From the NCBI GenBank assembly GCA_014727915.1, contig WJMO01000004.1, forward strand, positions 1 to 64,000: a stretch of DNA of 64,000 bases, given 5' to 3'. This document shows, one piece after another, positions 18,875 through 29,134 of the stretch. The stretch's first letter is position 1, and every line of letters begins with the position of its first letter. A program made the translations under genes and the position numbers. The notes beneath the pieces were generated by a model, which worked only from the letters and a program-made list of their open reading frames with translations, was not told the origin of the DNA and ran no database searches. The DNA comes from Candidatus Altiarchaeales archaeon. Its GTDB lineage: Archaea; Altiarchaeota; Altiarchaeia; IMC4; SCGC-AAA252-I15.

Positions 18875-20887
18875 GTGTGTGATTTGAAGAAGATCGAATC
18901 CTTCATCGGCAAGCATAAGGAGCAGCTGAGGAAACTTGGGGAGAAATACCCCGAGCGTAAGAGCCTCATCCTCGACTTCGAAGAGCTCGAGCGCTACGAC
19001 AACGACCTGGCCGACAGGCTGCGCGCAACACCCGACGAAGTGCTGGTCGACTTCAACGACGTATTGAACGCCATGGGAGTCTTGACCATGGTGGAGAACC
19101 CCAAGTTCAACGTCAGGTTCAAGAACATGCCCCGCGAACGCGGATACACCATACTGGTCCGCGACATAACCGCCGAGCACATAGGAAAGTATCTCCAGGT
19201 GGAGGGAGTCGTTAACAGGATAAGCGACGTGCTCCCGAAGGTGAGCAAGGCGTTGTTCGTGTGCAACCGCTGCGACGAGCACAACTGGATCCAACAGGAC
19301 AAGCGCATGCTAATCGAACCCTCAAGGTGCAGGAGCTGCGGTAAGGGAGACTTCCGCTTCATACCCGAGGAGAGCGAGTGGATAGACGTACAGCACATCG
19401 AAATCCAGGAGCCGTTGGAGATGCTCAAGGGCGGAGAGCAGGCCCGGAGGATAGAGCTATGGGCGGAGGAGGACATGACAGACGAGGTCACCGCCGGGGA
19501 CAAGATACTCGTAACGGGCACGGTGCGTTTGAAGCCCCCCAAGTTCAAGGGCAGCGTCTACCAGAAGTTCATAGAAGTCAACCACCTGGAAGGCATAGAA
19601 CGGGAGTTCGAGGAGTTCGACATAACCGACGAGGAGGAGAAGGAGATACTCGAGCTTTCCAAGGACCCCAGGTTGCATGATAAGATAGTGGGCAGCATCG
19701 CCCCCTCCATCTACGGCTACAACGAGGTGAAGGAGGCCATCGCATTGCAGCTGTTCGGAGGCCGCCAGGGCAAGATACTGCCTGACGGCACGAAGGCACG
19801 GGGTGACATGCACCTGCTCCTCATCGGAGACCCGGGTGTCGCTAAGTCGAGGATACTGCAGTACGTGGACCAGATAGCGCCCAAGAGCATCTACGTCACC
19901 GGAAAAGGGACGACGGGCGCGGGGTTGACGGCTACGGCGGAGCGGGATGAACTGGCCGACGGCGCGTGGACCCTCAAGGCGGGGGCGCTGGTGCTGGCAG
20001 GCGGGGGGATTGCGGGCATCGACGAGTTCGACAAGATGAGCAAGGAGGACCGGAGTGCCATGCACGAGGCCATGGAACAGCAGACGATCAGCGTCGCGAA
20101 GGCGGGCATAATAACCAAGTTCAAGGCCAACACCTCCATACTGGCGGCGTCGAATCCGAAGTTCAGCAGGTTCGACAACTACAAGCCCCTCGCGGAGCAG
20201 TTCGACATACCCCCCACGCTGATCTCAAGGTTCGACCTTATCTTCCCCATCAGGGACATACTGGACAGCGAGCACGATCGGAGCATCGCAGACCACATGC
20301 TGAAGATGCACCGGAGCGAGGAGCTCGAGGAGATAAAACCGGACATAGACCCTGAGCTGTTCAGGAAATACATCGCCTACGCAAGGCGGAACATACACCC
20401 GGAGCTGACGCTCGACACTTCCGACAAGATCAAGGAATACTACGTGCAGCTGCGCGCCCGGGGCAAGGAAGGCACAGCGGCCGCGACCCCAAGGCAGCTT
20501 GAGGCGCTGGTAAGGTTGAGCGAGGCGTCGGCCAAGCTGAGGCTGAGCAACGAGGTCTCCGTGGGGGACGTTGAGCGGGCGATAAAGCTGACGGACTTCG
20601 TGATAAAGGAGATAGCATACGACGCGGCCACGGGCGAGTTCGACATAGACCGCATAGTAACCGACCATCCGAAGAGCGTCCGCGACCGGCTGAGAACGAT
20701 CGAAGACATAATCCGCGAGCTGACAGAGTCTTCCCCGGACGGTATGGCGTCGATGGCCAGCATACTCGAATCAACAGGGGAGAAGGACATCGACAAGTTC
20801 GAAGTCGAAAAACTCATCTCAGAATTGAAGAAGAAGGGCGAAATCTACGAGCCACGCCACGGCAAGTTCATGTTCACCGAAGAGTGA
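18875..20887 (+). CDS. mcm: Replicative helicase MCM
   Basis: Zn finger, GDPGVAKS, IDEFDKM, SRFD, TPRQLE, C-terminal winged helix. Confidence 0.98.
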   Translation: MCDLKKIESFIGKHKEQLRKLGEKYPERKSLILDFEELERYDNDLADRLRATPDEVLVDFNDVLNAMGVLTMVENPKFNVRFKNMPRERGYTILVRDITAEHIGKYLQVEGVVNRISDVLPKVSKALFVCNRCDEHNWIQQDKRMLIEPSRCRSCGKGDFRFIPEESEWIDVQHIEIQEPLEMLKGGEQARRIELWAEEDMTDEVTAGDKILVTGTVRLKPPKFKGSVYQKFIEVNHLEGIEREFEEFDITDEEEKEILELSKDPRLHDKIVGSIAPSIYGYNEVKEAIALQLFGGRQGKILPDGTKARGDMHLLLIGDPGVAKSRILQYVDQIAPKSIYVTGKGTTGAGLTATAERDELADGAWTLKAGALVLAGGGIAGIDEFDKMSKEDRSAMHEAMEQQTISVAKAGIITKFKANTSILAASNPKFSRFDNYKPLAEQFDIPPTLISRFDLIFPIRDILDSEHDRSIADHMLKMHRSEELEEIKPDIDPELFRKYIAYARRNIHPELTLDTSDKIKEYYVQLRARGKEGTAAATPRQLEALVRLSEASAKLRLSNEVSVGDVERAIKLTDFVIKEIAYDAATGEFDIDRIVTDHPKSVRDRLRTIEDIIRELTESSPDGMASMASILESTGEKDIDKFEVEKLISELKKKGEIYEPRHGKFMFTEE

Positions 20888-20893
20888 CCCACC

Positions 20894-21394
20894 ATGACCG
20901 AGTTTTTCGACATCGTTGACGACGATGATAACGTGGTGGGCAGGGCAGGCAGACAGGAGGCCCATGATAATCACCTTTTGCACCGGAGCGTCCAGTTCTT
21001 CATATTCGACCCCGAGAACAGGATACTAGTCAACAGGCGGTCGCAGGGCAAGGAGTTCTTCGCGGGCATGTGGAGCATCGTATTGGGCGGGCACGTGCCA
21101 AGCGGCGAATCATATTATGACGCGGTCGTCCGGGAGGCTGAGGAGGAGGCAGGCGTGACATCCGAACCTTTCAAGATCGGCCACTTCAAGAAGCGACTTC
21201 CGGAGGAAAGCGAGAACGTCATGGTCTACGGGTTCCGAACAGCTGAGAAACCCGACCTGCTGGCCGAGGAGATAGAATACGGGGAGTTCATGACCCTTGA
21301 AGAGGCCAAAAAGAAGATAGAGGAGGCCGAGTTCATACCTGAAACCGCGCAGCTGCTACCCCTCCTCGAGGAACACCTGTCAAACAATGCGTAG
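20894..21394 (+). CDS. NUDIX hydrolase (IDI/YfcD-like)
   Basis: Nudix box GGHVPSGESY..AV.REAEEEAGV; HRSV. Confidence 0.88.
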   Translation: MTEFFDIVDDDDNVVGRAGRQEAHDNHLLHRSVQFFIFDPENRILVNRRSQGKEFFAGMWSIVLGGHVPSGESYYDAVVREAEEEAGVTSEPFKIGHFKKRLPEESENVMVYGFRTAEKPDLLAEEIEYGEFMTLEEAKKKIEEAEFIPETAQLLPLLEEHLSNNA

Positions 21395-21480
21395 TTTCAC
21401 TTTCAAACGCGTTAACCGCTTTTATAGCCGTTTTCAAAGTATTATACTCCAAAATCTGAGGATAAATTTGGTGTGTTAGA

Positions 21481-23439
<1,959 letters not shown>

Positions 23440-23556
23440 GAAACTCCCCCGTTTATCCGGGATATAGCAGATGCCTATCTTCTGCTCTATTAGGATAATA
23501 GCCACACTTTAAAGTGTGGTTATTTATCTTCTTTTTCTTCTTTATCTTATCTGAAC

Positions 23557-24366
23557 ATGAAGAACTTCCCCAACCTGGTGTTGCTATGCTCCATATACCT
23601 GACCACCATCCTATTGGGTCTGAACACCGGGTCCTTCCTTCTGCCGTTGATGTATCCCCCGGAGGGCGGCGAGCAGGTCATCGCCCCAATAGTTCAAGAG
23701 CCTGAGAGCGTGACTTCATCCCTGTGGATATTCGTCTACATAATCCTCGTGACCTTCATATTGTTGTTCCTTTTGAAGAGGCGGATGGGCTTCATAATAA
23801 AGCTGGCGTTGTTCTTCTCCTTTTTCATGGGAACACTATTCACGATGGTCTCCGTATTGGGTGACTGGGGCATGATAGCCACGGCTGCCATGCTGGCGCT
23901 CGTGCTATGGAAGAGGGAGAGCTTCATAGTCGCGAACGTGGCGTTGATATTCACTATCTCCGGGATAGGCGCGATACTCGGCGCTTCTCTCGGTTTCCTC
24001 CCGGCCCTCGTGCTGCTGGTGCTCATGTCCGCATACGATTATGTCGCGGTGTTTGTCACGAAGCATATGGTGACGTTGGCGGAGGAGAGCAAGGGCAAGT
24101 TCGCTTTCATGTTCCTCATACCCGCTGGTGACCGTATCATGGGATTGGGTTCGGGCGACATCGCGCTGCCTTTGACGTTCACAGTGTCCGTGATGGCATC
24201 CCATGGGGCTGGATATGCGGTGCCGACGGCTTTCGGCGGTTTGATGGGGTTGGTGTGGCTCTACTATTTCATACAGACCAAGGAGAAGATTACGCTGCCT
24301 GCGCTGCCGCCCATATCCATCGGTCTCATACTAGGATTCGCGATAACAAAATTCATACTCGGATAA
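23557..24366 (+). CDS. Presenilin/SPP-family (A22) intramembrane aspartyl protease
   Basis: YD, LGSGD and PALP motifs in a multi-TM protein. Confidence 0.9.
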   Translation: MKNFPNLVLLCSIYLTTILLGLNTGSFLLPLMYPPEGGEQVIAPIVQEPESVTSSLWIFVYIILVTFILLFLLKRRMGFIIKLALFFSFFMGTLFTMVSVLGDWGMIATAAMLALVLWKRESFIVANVALIFTISGIGAILGASLGFLPALVLLVLMSAYDYVAVFVTKHMVTLAEESKGKFAFMFLIPAGDRIMGLGSGDIALPLTFTVSVMASHGAGYAVPTAFGGLMGLVWLYYFIQTKEKITLPALPPISIGLILGFAITKFILG

Positions 24367-24415
24367 TATGGAGAAATTTAAAACTATTTAAACAAAAACC
24401 GTAATAGCTTAAAAA

Positions 24416-24514
24416 ATGAAGAATCCGTTCTGGGAGATATGGGCTGGCATCATAATGGCAGTGCTCATGCTACTCCTGATATCCTTCTACATGAACCGGC
24501 TCTCACTGCCCTGA
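24416..24514 (+). CDS. Unannotated 32-aa single-TM peptide
   Basis: MKNPFWEIWAGIIMAVLMLLLISFYMNRLSLP*; TATA-like tatttaaa about 25-30 bp upstream. Confidence 0.55.
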   Translation: MKNPFWEIWAGIIMAVLMLLLISFYMNRLSLP

Positions 24515-25558
24515 ACCCCTGAAGAAAGCGGCGCCACCCTCATAGGCTCTCATGCCCTTGCTCTTCAACAGCATAGCCTGCGACCCGCCCAATCCCCTGA
24601 AACAGGACCGTTGGATGTACCACTCGCCCAGCTGGTCCAATAATCTGTCCCGCTCGTCCAACATGTCCGACTCAGTTAGCCCGCGCTTTGCCACGCCGAA
24701 GTCCGGCACATACCTGTAAATACCATCCTCAGATAGCTCGAAGTTTGCGATGTGGCATTCGTTCTGGAGGCTGACGCCCATGCTGTGTATCAGCCCGAGT
24801 ATCGCCATCGGCCAGGTCACCGACCCTTCCAGGAGCACGTCACGTGGCATGCCCGAAGCCCGGGATATGTAGCTGAAGTGTTTCTCGTTCATGGGCAGCT
24901 GGCTGCCCATGCTGAACATCCTGTATCCTGGCTTGTACTTGAAGAATATCATCCTCGCCGGCATTTCCCTGTCCTCGCCGTAGAGTTCGAGCTTATCCCG
25001 GGGGTACTCGACCATCAGTGACGGCCCGAACATTGGGAACCTTATGCCCTTCCCCAGGCCTTCCTCGATAAGTCCCGTGCTGAAGTAGAAGTCTTTGGAG
25101 TCCAGTTCCTCATGCGTTCCGCTTCCCCTCTCACCGGGGACCTTCACCCTTATCAGGCTTCTCTCTCCTCCGACCATGCACCACATTCCCAGCACGTGAC
25201 TCCTGAAAGACCCTGTCTCATGGCATACCCAACCCATGCCCTGCCTGTCGCTCCTCTCCTCCCATTCCCTGTACTGTGGTTTTTCCATCATCGGGTTCTC
25301 CTCGTCGACTTCCATCCTGGCGGATGTCAGATGCTGGAGGAAGCCCCGCCCCTCCCGGCCTGCAAGCCTGCTGGGGCTAACTGGTATGTAGCTGCAGTGT
25401 TCCACGTTGAAGTTCGGCTCGTATAATGTTATGGTGGCCTGTTTCTCCCCTCTGTCGCTGAACTCGAGCCTCCGGCACCTGTTGGCCAAAGACTGTGACT
25501 CAACGGAAAGGCCAGAAACCATCAGATCCGGCTCGACGCCACCCCTCAAAACCTCCAT
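24503..25558 (-). CDS. Divergent protein-kinase-like fold protein
   Basis: IRVK, IHSMGVSLQNECHIANF, VPDFG; start moved to 25558 because the longer ORF overlaps the tRNA. Confidence 0.5.
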   Translation of the reverse strand: MEVLRGGVEPDLMVSGLSVESQSLANRCRRLEFSDRGEKQATITLYEPNFNVEHCSYIPVSPSRLAGREGRGFLQHLTSARMEVDEENPMMEKPQYREWEERSDRQGMGWVCHETGSFRSHVLGMWCMVGGERSLIRVKVPGERGSGTHEELDSKDFYFSTGLIEEGLGKGIRFPMFGPSLMVEYPRDKLELYGEDREMPARMIFFKYKPGYRMFSMGSQLPMNEKHFSYISRASGMPRDVLLEGSVTWPMAILGLIHSMGVSLQNECHIANFELSEDGIYRYVPDFGVAKRGLTESDMLDERDRLLDQLGEWYIQRSCFRGLGGSQAMLLKSKGMRAYEGGAAFFRGSGQ

Positions 25559-25615
25559 GACAGTAAAGGGATAGGGAGCAGGGGATATTATCTGTGATTG
25601 TAGGATGATGAGAAG

Positions 25616-25722
25616 TAGCGGGGGGTGGATTTTCAAGGCTTCAGGGCGCACCTAACGCCATTTTGAACCACCGGCCTTCGGGTTATGAGCCCGACGAGCA
25701 CTCCTGACTGCTCAACCCCGCT
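25616..25722 (-). tRNA. Initiator tRNA-Met (CAT) with a 32-nt intron in the T-loop (59/60; 25630-25661)
   Basis: A1-U72 acceptor AGCGGGG/CCCCGCT; anticodon arm TCGGG-CTCATAA-CCCGA; T stem GGTGG/CCACC with a 39-nt loop that reduces to TTCAAAT. Confidence 0.92.
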
Positions 25723-25746
25723 GTTTTAGTCTTATGTCGTTTCTGG

Positions 25747-25753
25747 TATATAA
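25747..25753 (-). promoter_or_regulatory. TATA box for tRNA-iMet
   Basis: TTATATA about 25 nt upstream of the tRNA 5' end. Confidence 0.55.
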
Positions 25754-25806
25754 GGGGTGTTCTAGGGTGTTTTTATAGCATTGTTACCTTATATTTCGGG
25801 TACACG

Positions 25807-25962
25807 ATGGCTAAGTTCAAGGAGGCTGAGGCGCGTTTGTTCAAGGGGGTTTGCATGCACTGCAACTCGAAGAACCCGTTGAAAGCCAGCAAATGCCGCA
25901 AATGCGGGAAAGTCGATAAGATAAGGCGTAAGAGGCGTAAGAAGACCGCCACTGCCGGATAG
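25807..25962 (+). CDS. rpl40e: 50S ribosomal protein L40e (missing from ORF track)
   Basis: [51 protein letters not shown]. Confidence 0.93.
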   Translation: MAKFKEAEARLFKGVCMHCNSKNPLKASKCRKCGKVDKIRRKRRKKTATAG

Positions 25963-25999
25963 AACCGCATAATAAAGTCTGCTTCTAATTCTGTACATC

Positions 26000-26455
26000 A
26001 TGGAAGAGGAGGGCATAGGCTCCAGCTTGCATTTCTACTGGGAGATACTCATCGTGTTCGCGGCTTTGGTCAGCGTTGTCTCCCTGTTGGTCGAGTTTAC
26101 CATTCACTTGGACGAGGAGATCGAGCATGCCCTCCATCTCATAGACTATGTTGCGCTTTCTCTGTTCGGTGTGGACATATTATTGAAGTACCGGATATAC
26201 AGGCATCACTCACGTGATAGGTTGCAGTTCTTGAAGGCCAACTGGCTTGACATACTGGCGGTTATACCCTTGTTCAGGATATTCCGGATGTCCCGGTTCG
26301 CGAGGTTGAGCAGGCTGGTTAAGATGCGGAAGAGCGCCAGGGCACTGTCTCGGGTCGAAGAGGTCACTGTTGGCGTGGAGAAGGTTAATAAGGGGGTGTC
26401 CGGCGTGGCTCACGGACATCATATAACGGACGCAGCTGAAAATCTGAGGAAGTGA
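26000..26455 (+). CDS. Stand-alone voltage-sensor (S1-S4) domain protein without pore
   Basis: S2 D...F..D, S3 NWLDILA.IP, S4 FRIFRMSRFARLSRLVK; no S5-P-S6 or GYG. Confidence 0.8.
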   Translation: MEEEGIGSSLHFYWEILIVFAALVSVVSLLVEFTIHLDEEIEHALHLIDYVALSLFGVDILLKYRIYRHHSRDRLQFLKANWLDILAVIPLFRIFRMSRFARLSRLVKMRKSARALSRVEEVTVGVEKVNKGVSGVAHGHHITDAAENLRK

Positions 26456-26460
26456 GGTTT

Positions 26461-27636
26461 TCACCCTCCGAATATCCTGCTGCTGAGCCTCATGTATACG
26501 TAGTTGAACAATAGGAAGAACAGGATCGAAACTATTATGGCTATCACTCCGAAGGACATGAGCTCCTGGACCTTGAATGACACCAGTTTGCCATGGGCGA
26601 TCAGCGACCCTTCGGGGGAGTATAGTGTGAGTTCGGCGCCTGGCATCGCCCCTAACGCGATTATAGAGGAAATCACGCCAACAAGGAATATGGCCTGTAG
26701 AAGCTTCATCTCCTTCTCCTCCTTCTGGGTTTCGATGGATGTCTGCATCCCCAGCCTCGTGTTTACTATGAAGTTGAGGTTCTCCAGGTCCGTTATCAGC
26801 ACGTCCCTCCATAGTGGTATTATGTAGTCGGAGTCCCTGTAGAGCCGTTGGAAGTTGCCTTTCACGTCCAGAGCTTTCGCCAGTTCCTCCTGGTCTCTGG
26901 TTTTTCCCATCTCATCGTAGATCTCATGGGTGTGTTTGAAGTTGGAGACCGCCTGCTTCAGCTTCCCGTATCTCTCGCTGCATCGCTTCCTCAATGCTGC
27001 TATGGATATCATGGTTTCCCGTATGTCCTTGAAGTCCTCCTCTTCGAGTATTCCCTCGACGTCGACCATGTCGTTGTATACTTTGGACATGGTCTCGACC
27101 ATGGTGTTCACGTAGTTGCTCCCTAATACGGTGTACAGTAGGAACTCTATCATCCTCATGCCATCTTCCGTAACGGACCCGTTCACGTAGATGTTGGATT
27201 TTGTGGAGTATAGTCTTGGCATGTCAAAGTAGACCTTGACCTCTGAGGCCTCGACGGACTGAAGTCCCATTGGCACTCCGCCGTCGAATACTGTGGCGTG
27301 GAACCCTATTGGCAGTATGCCGTCCTTTATCTGCTGGTATGTGACGGCCTGGGCTGGTTTGAATATGTCCTCTATGAGCAGTTCTCTGACTTCCTTCTTG
27401 AATTCTAGTATTTTCTCTGCCGTCACTTCCTTGAATTCGGATTTGAAGGTGAACAGGCCATATGGGAGTATCTTGGCCTCTATCTCCCTCCCACTTCTGC
27501 TCTTGACGTTGAATGACAGGCCTCCGTTGACTGTTAGGTCGTATACCTCAAGGCCTATGGATTCCTGTTTCCCGGCTATTTCATAGACGTGAGTGTCAGA
27601 CCGCGGTATCCACGTTGAAACGACTATGGCGGGCAT
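26461..27636 (-). CDS. Divergent CorA-like membrane protein
   Basis: Large soluble domain, long helical stalk and two C-terminal TMs; GMN absent (GAM). Confidence 0.5.
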   Translation of the reverse strand: MPAIVVSTWIPRSDTHVYEIAGKQESIGLEVYDLTVNGGLSFNVKSRSGREIEAKILPYGLFTFKSEFKEVTAEKILEFKKEVRELLIEDIFKPAQAVTYQQIKDGILPIGFHATVFDGGVPMGLQSVEASEVKVYFDMPRLYSTKSNIYVNGSVTEDGMRMIEFLLYTVLGSNYVNTMVETMSKVYNDMVDVEGILEEEDFKDIRETMISIAALRKRCSERYGKLKQAVSNFKHTHEIYDEMGKTRDQEELAKALDVKGNFQRLYRDSDYIIPLWRDVLITDLENLNFIVNTRLGMQTSIETQKEEKEMKLLQAIFLVGVISSIIALGAMPGAELTLYSPEGSLIAHGKLVSFKVQELMSFGVIAIIVSILFFLLFNYVYMRLSSRIFGG

Positions 27637-27755
27637 TTTACCCTTAGAAATTGTCCTTCCTCCTATAAATCATTGGGGGCGCTGTAGTGTTCACTAGTAC
27701 TATGCTCTAACACATTGTTTTTTATTGTTGTCTGTCATTTTTTCATTCTAATCAG

Positions 27756-28133
27756 GTGGTGCGGTTGTCTGACAATACCTTATACCTAGCTTTTGCGGTT
27801 TCATTGGCTGGCTTGCTTTTGATAGCATTCATATCCCCCTCCGTCAACCCTCCCATGTCCTCAATATCTGAGATATCATCATCTTCCTTGGAGAAGAGGG
27901 TGAGGGTTTCCGGGTTGGTGTCCGACGTTCACAGGTTCGATGGTGGGAGCATGCTCTTGACGGTGGAGGATGATGGCGGTGAGATCGACGTTTATCTCAG
28001 CTACTCTGTCGCTGGGGAATTCGAAGACTTTGACTTGGAAGGATGCGAGGCGGAGTTCACAGGAGATGTGAAGCTTTACAGGGGCAGGTTGGAGGTTGTT
28101 GTCGATATGCCGGAGGATGTGGTGTTAAAGTGA
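27756..28133 (+). CDS. Membrane-anchored OB-fold protein
   Basis: N-terminal TM; V.VSG.V, L.VED..G.I.V, G.V..YRG.LE.V. Confidence 0.8.
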   Translation: MVRLSDNTLYLAFAVSLAGLLLIAFISPSVNPPMSSISEISSSSLEKRVRVSGLVSDVHRFDGGSMLLTVEDDGGEIDVYLSYSVAGEFEDFDLEGCEAEFTGDVKLYRGRLEVVVDMPEDVVLK

Positions 28134-28909
28134 TCTCCGTTTCCGACCTTAGCGGTTTCATCTACTGTCCCCGCTCTGTCTATCTTTCACGTGTTTTGGG
28201 CGTGGTCCCTCCCGGCTCTGACCCCCAGGGGAGGGGTATGGTCGGCCATGCCATCCGACGCGAGCTGTCCATGAGGCAGGCCAAGCTGGTACGCAAGATC
28301 GACTCGTCTGAAGACGTGGAGACCATCCTCAACTCCGAACTCGAGGCTGTTATCTCGGACATACCCTACATATTCTCAGAACGATGGGTCGAAGGCTATT
28401 CCAAGTTCATACCTGAGGTCAGGTCGGAGGTCCAGTCCGAGATTCAGCTGTTGGGGGAGGAATTGTCCGCTCTCATATCGGACCTTGGTTTTGAGCGTGC
28501 GTTGGAGCGTGTTACCCCCTGGAAGACGGAGTACATCCTACGCTCTGAAGCTCTGAACATGAAGGGCAGGGTTGACAAGGTGATGCGCGCCGATTGCTTT
28601 GAGCCTGTTGAGATAAAGACTGGCAGGGTCCCAGACGGTGTGTGGGATGGTGACAGGGTGCAGCTGTGCGCCTATGCCCTGCTGTTGGAGGAGAGGTTCA
28701 AGGAGGGGGTCAGCCATGGCTTTGTCGAGTACACGCGGGTACAGGAGCGTCGGCCGGTGGTGTTCACGGAGAAGCTGCGCCGGCAGGTCATCCACGCAAG
28801 GGACTTGCTGTCTGAACTCTTGGATGGGGGGTTGCCCGACATATGCCCACATGGACAGCCTAGGAAGTGCGAGTCATGCAATCTGGTCGATGAATGCTAT
28901 GAGGTCTAG
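28130..28909 (+). CDS. cas4: Solo Cas4-family PD-(D/E)XK nuclease
   Basis: YCPR, G..GH, GRVD, EIKTG, QL.AY, C-terminal KC..C.....C; GTG start overlaps upstream TGA. Confidence 0.88.
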   Translation: MISVSDLSGFIYCPRSVYLSRVLGVVPPGSDPQGRGMVGHAIRRELSMRQAKLVRKIDSSEDVETILNSELEAVISDIPYIFSERWVEGYSKFIPEVRSEVQSEIQLLGEELSALISDLGFERALERVTPWKTEYILRSEALNMKGRVDKVMRADCFEPVEIKTGRVPDGVWDGDRVQLCAYALLLEERFKEGVSHGFVEYTRVQERRPVVFTEKLRRQVIHARDLLSELLDGGLPDICPHGQPRKCESCNLVDECYEV

Positions 28910-29097
28910 TCCTTCTTGTGTTTCACAACCCGTGTGATGTATCCCGCGATCTTGTTCCTTATGCTCTTGCTGGTTATGTCCGTGTGCGATGCTACCTTCC
29001 TCTTGTTATCCTGGAAGTCTGCCGTGAAGACGTCAGGGTATTCCCTGAGCAGCTTCTCAGCGACCCTCTTCAGATACGTCTGTTTAATCCTACCCAT
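28906..29097 (-). CDS. rps17e: 30S ribosomal protein S17e
   Basis: MGRIKQ..LKR...DF..NK...SK.IRNKIAGYIT. Confidence 0.97.
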   Translation of the reverse strand: MGRIKQTYLKRVAEKLLREYPDVFTADFQDNKRKVASHTDITSKSIRNKIAGYITRVVKHKKD

Positions 29098-29134
29098 TGT
29101 CCAACTAAATAGGCAGTGGTTGTTTAAAAAACCA

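Noticed and set aside
20894-21394. Type 1 isopentenyl-diphosphate isomerase call, given the nearby mevalonate genes
   Set aside because: The catalytic Cys before the GH motif is absent (WSIVLGGH); kept as a generic NUDIX
25559-26016. ORF-track calls 25773-25970 and 25789-26016, and the 5' extension of 24503-25651
   Set aside because: They are antisense to rpl40e or overlap the tRNA-iMet gene
27640-29100. CRISPR-Cas locus around cas4
   Set aside because: No repeat-spacer array and no other cas genes are visible in the window
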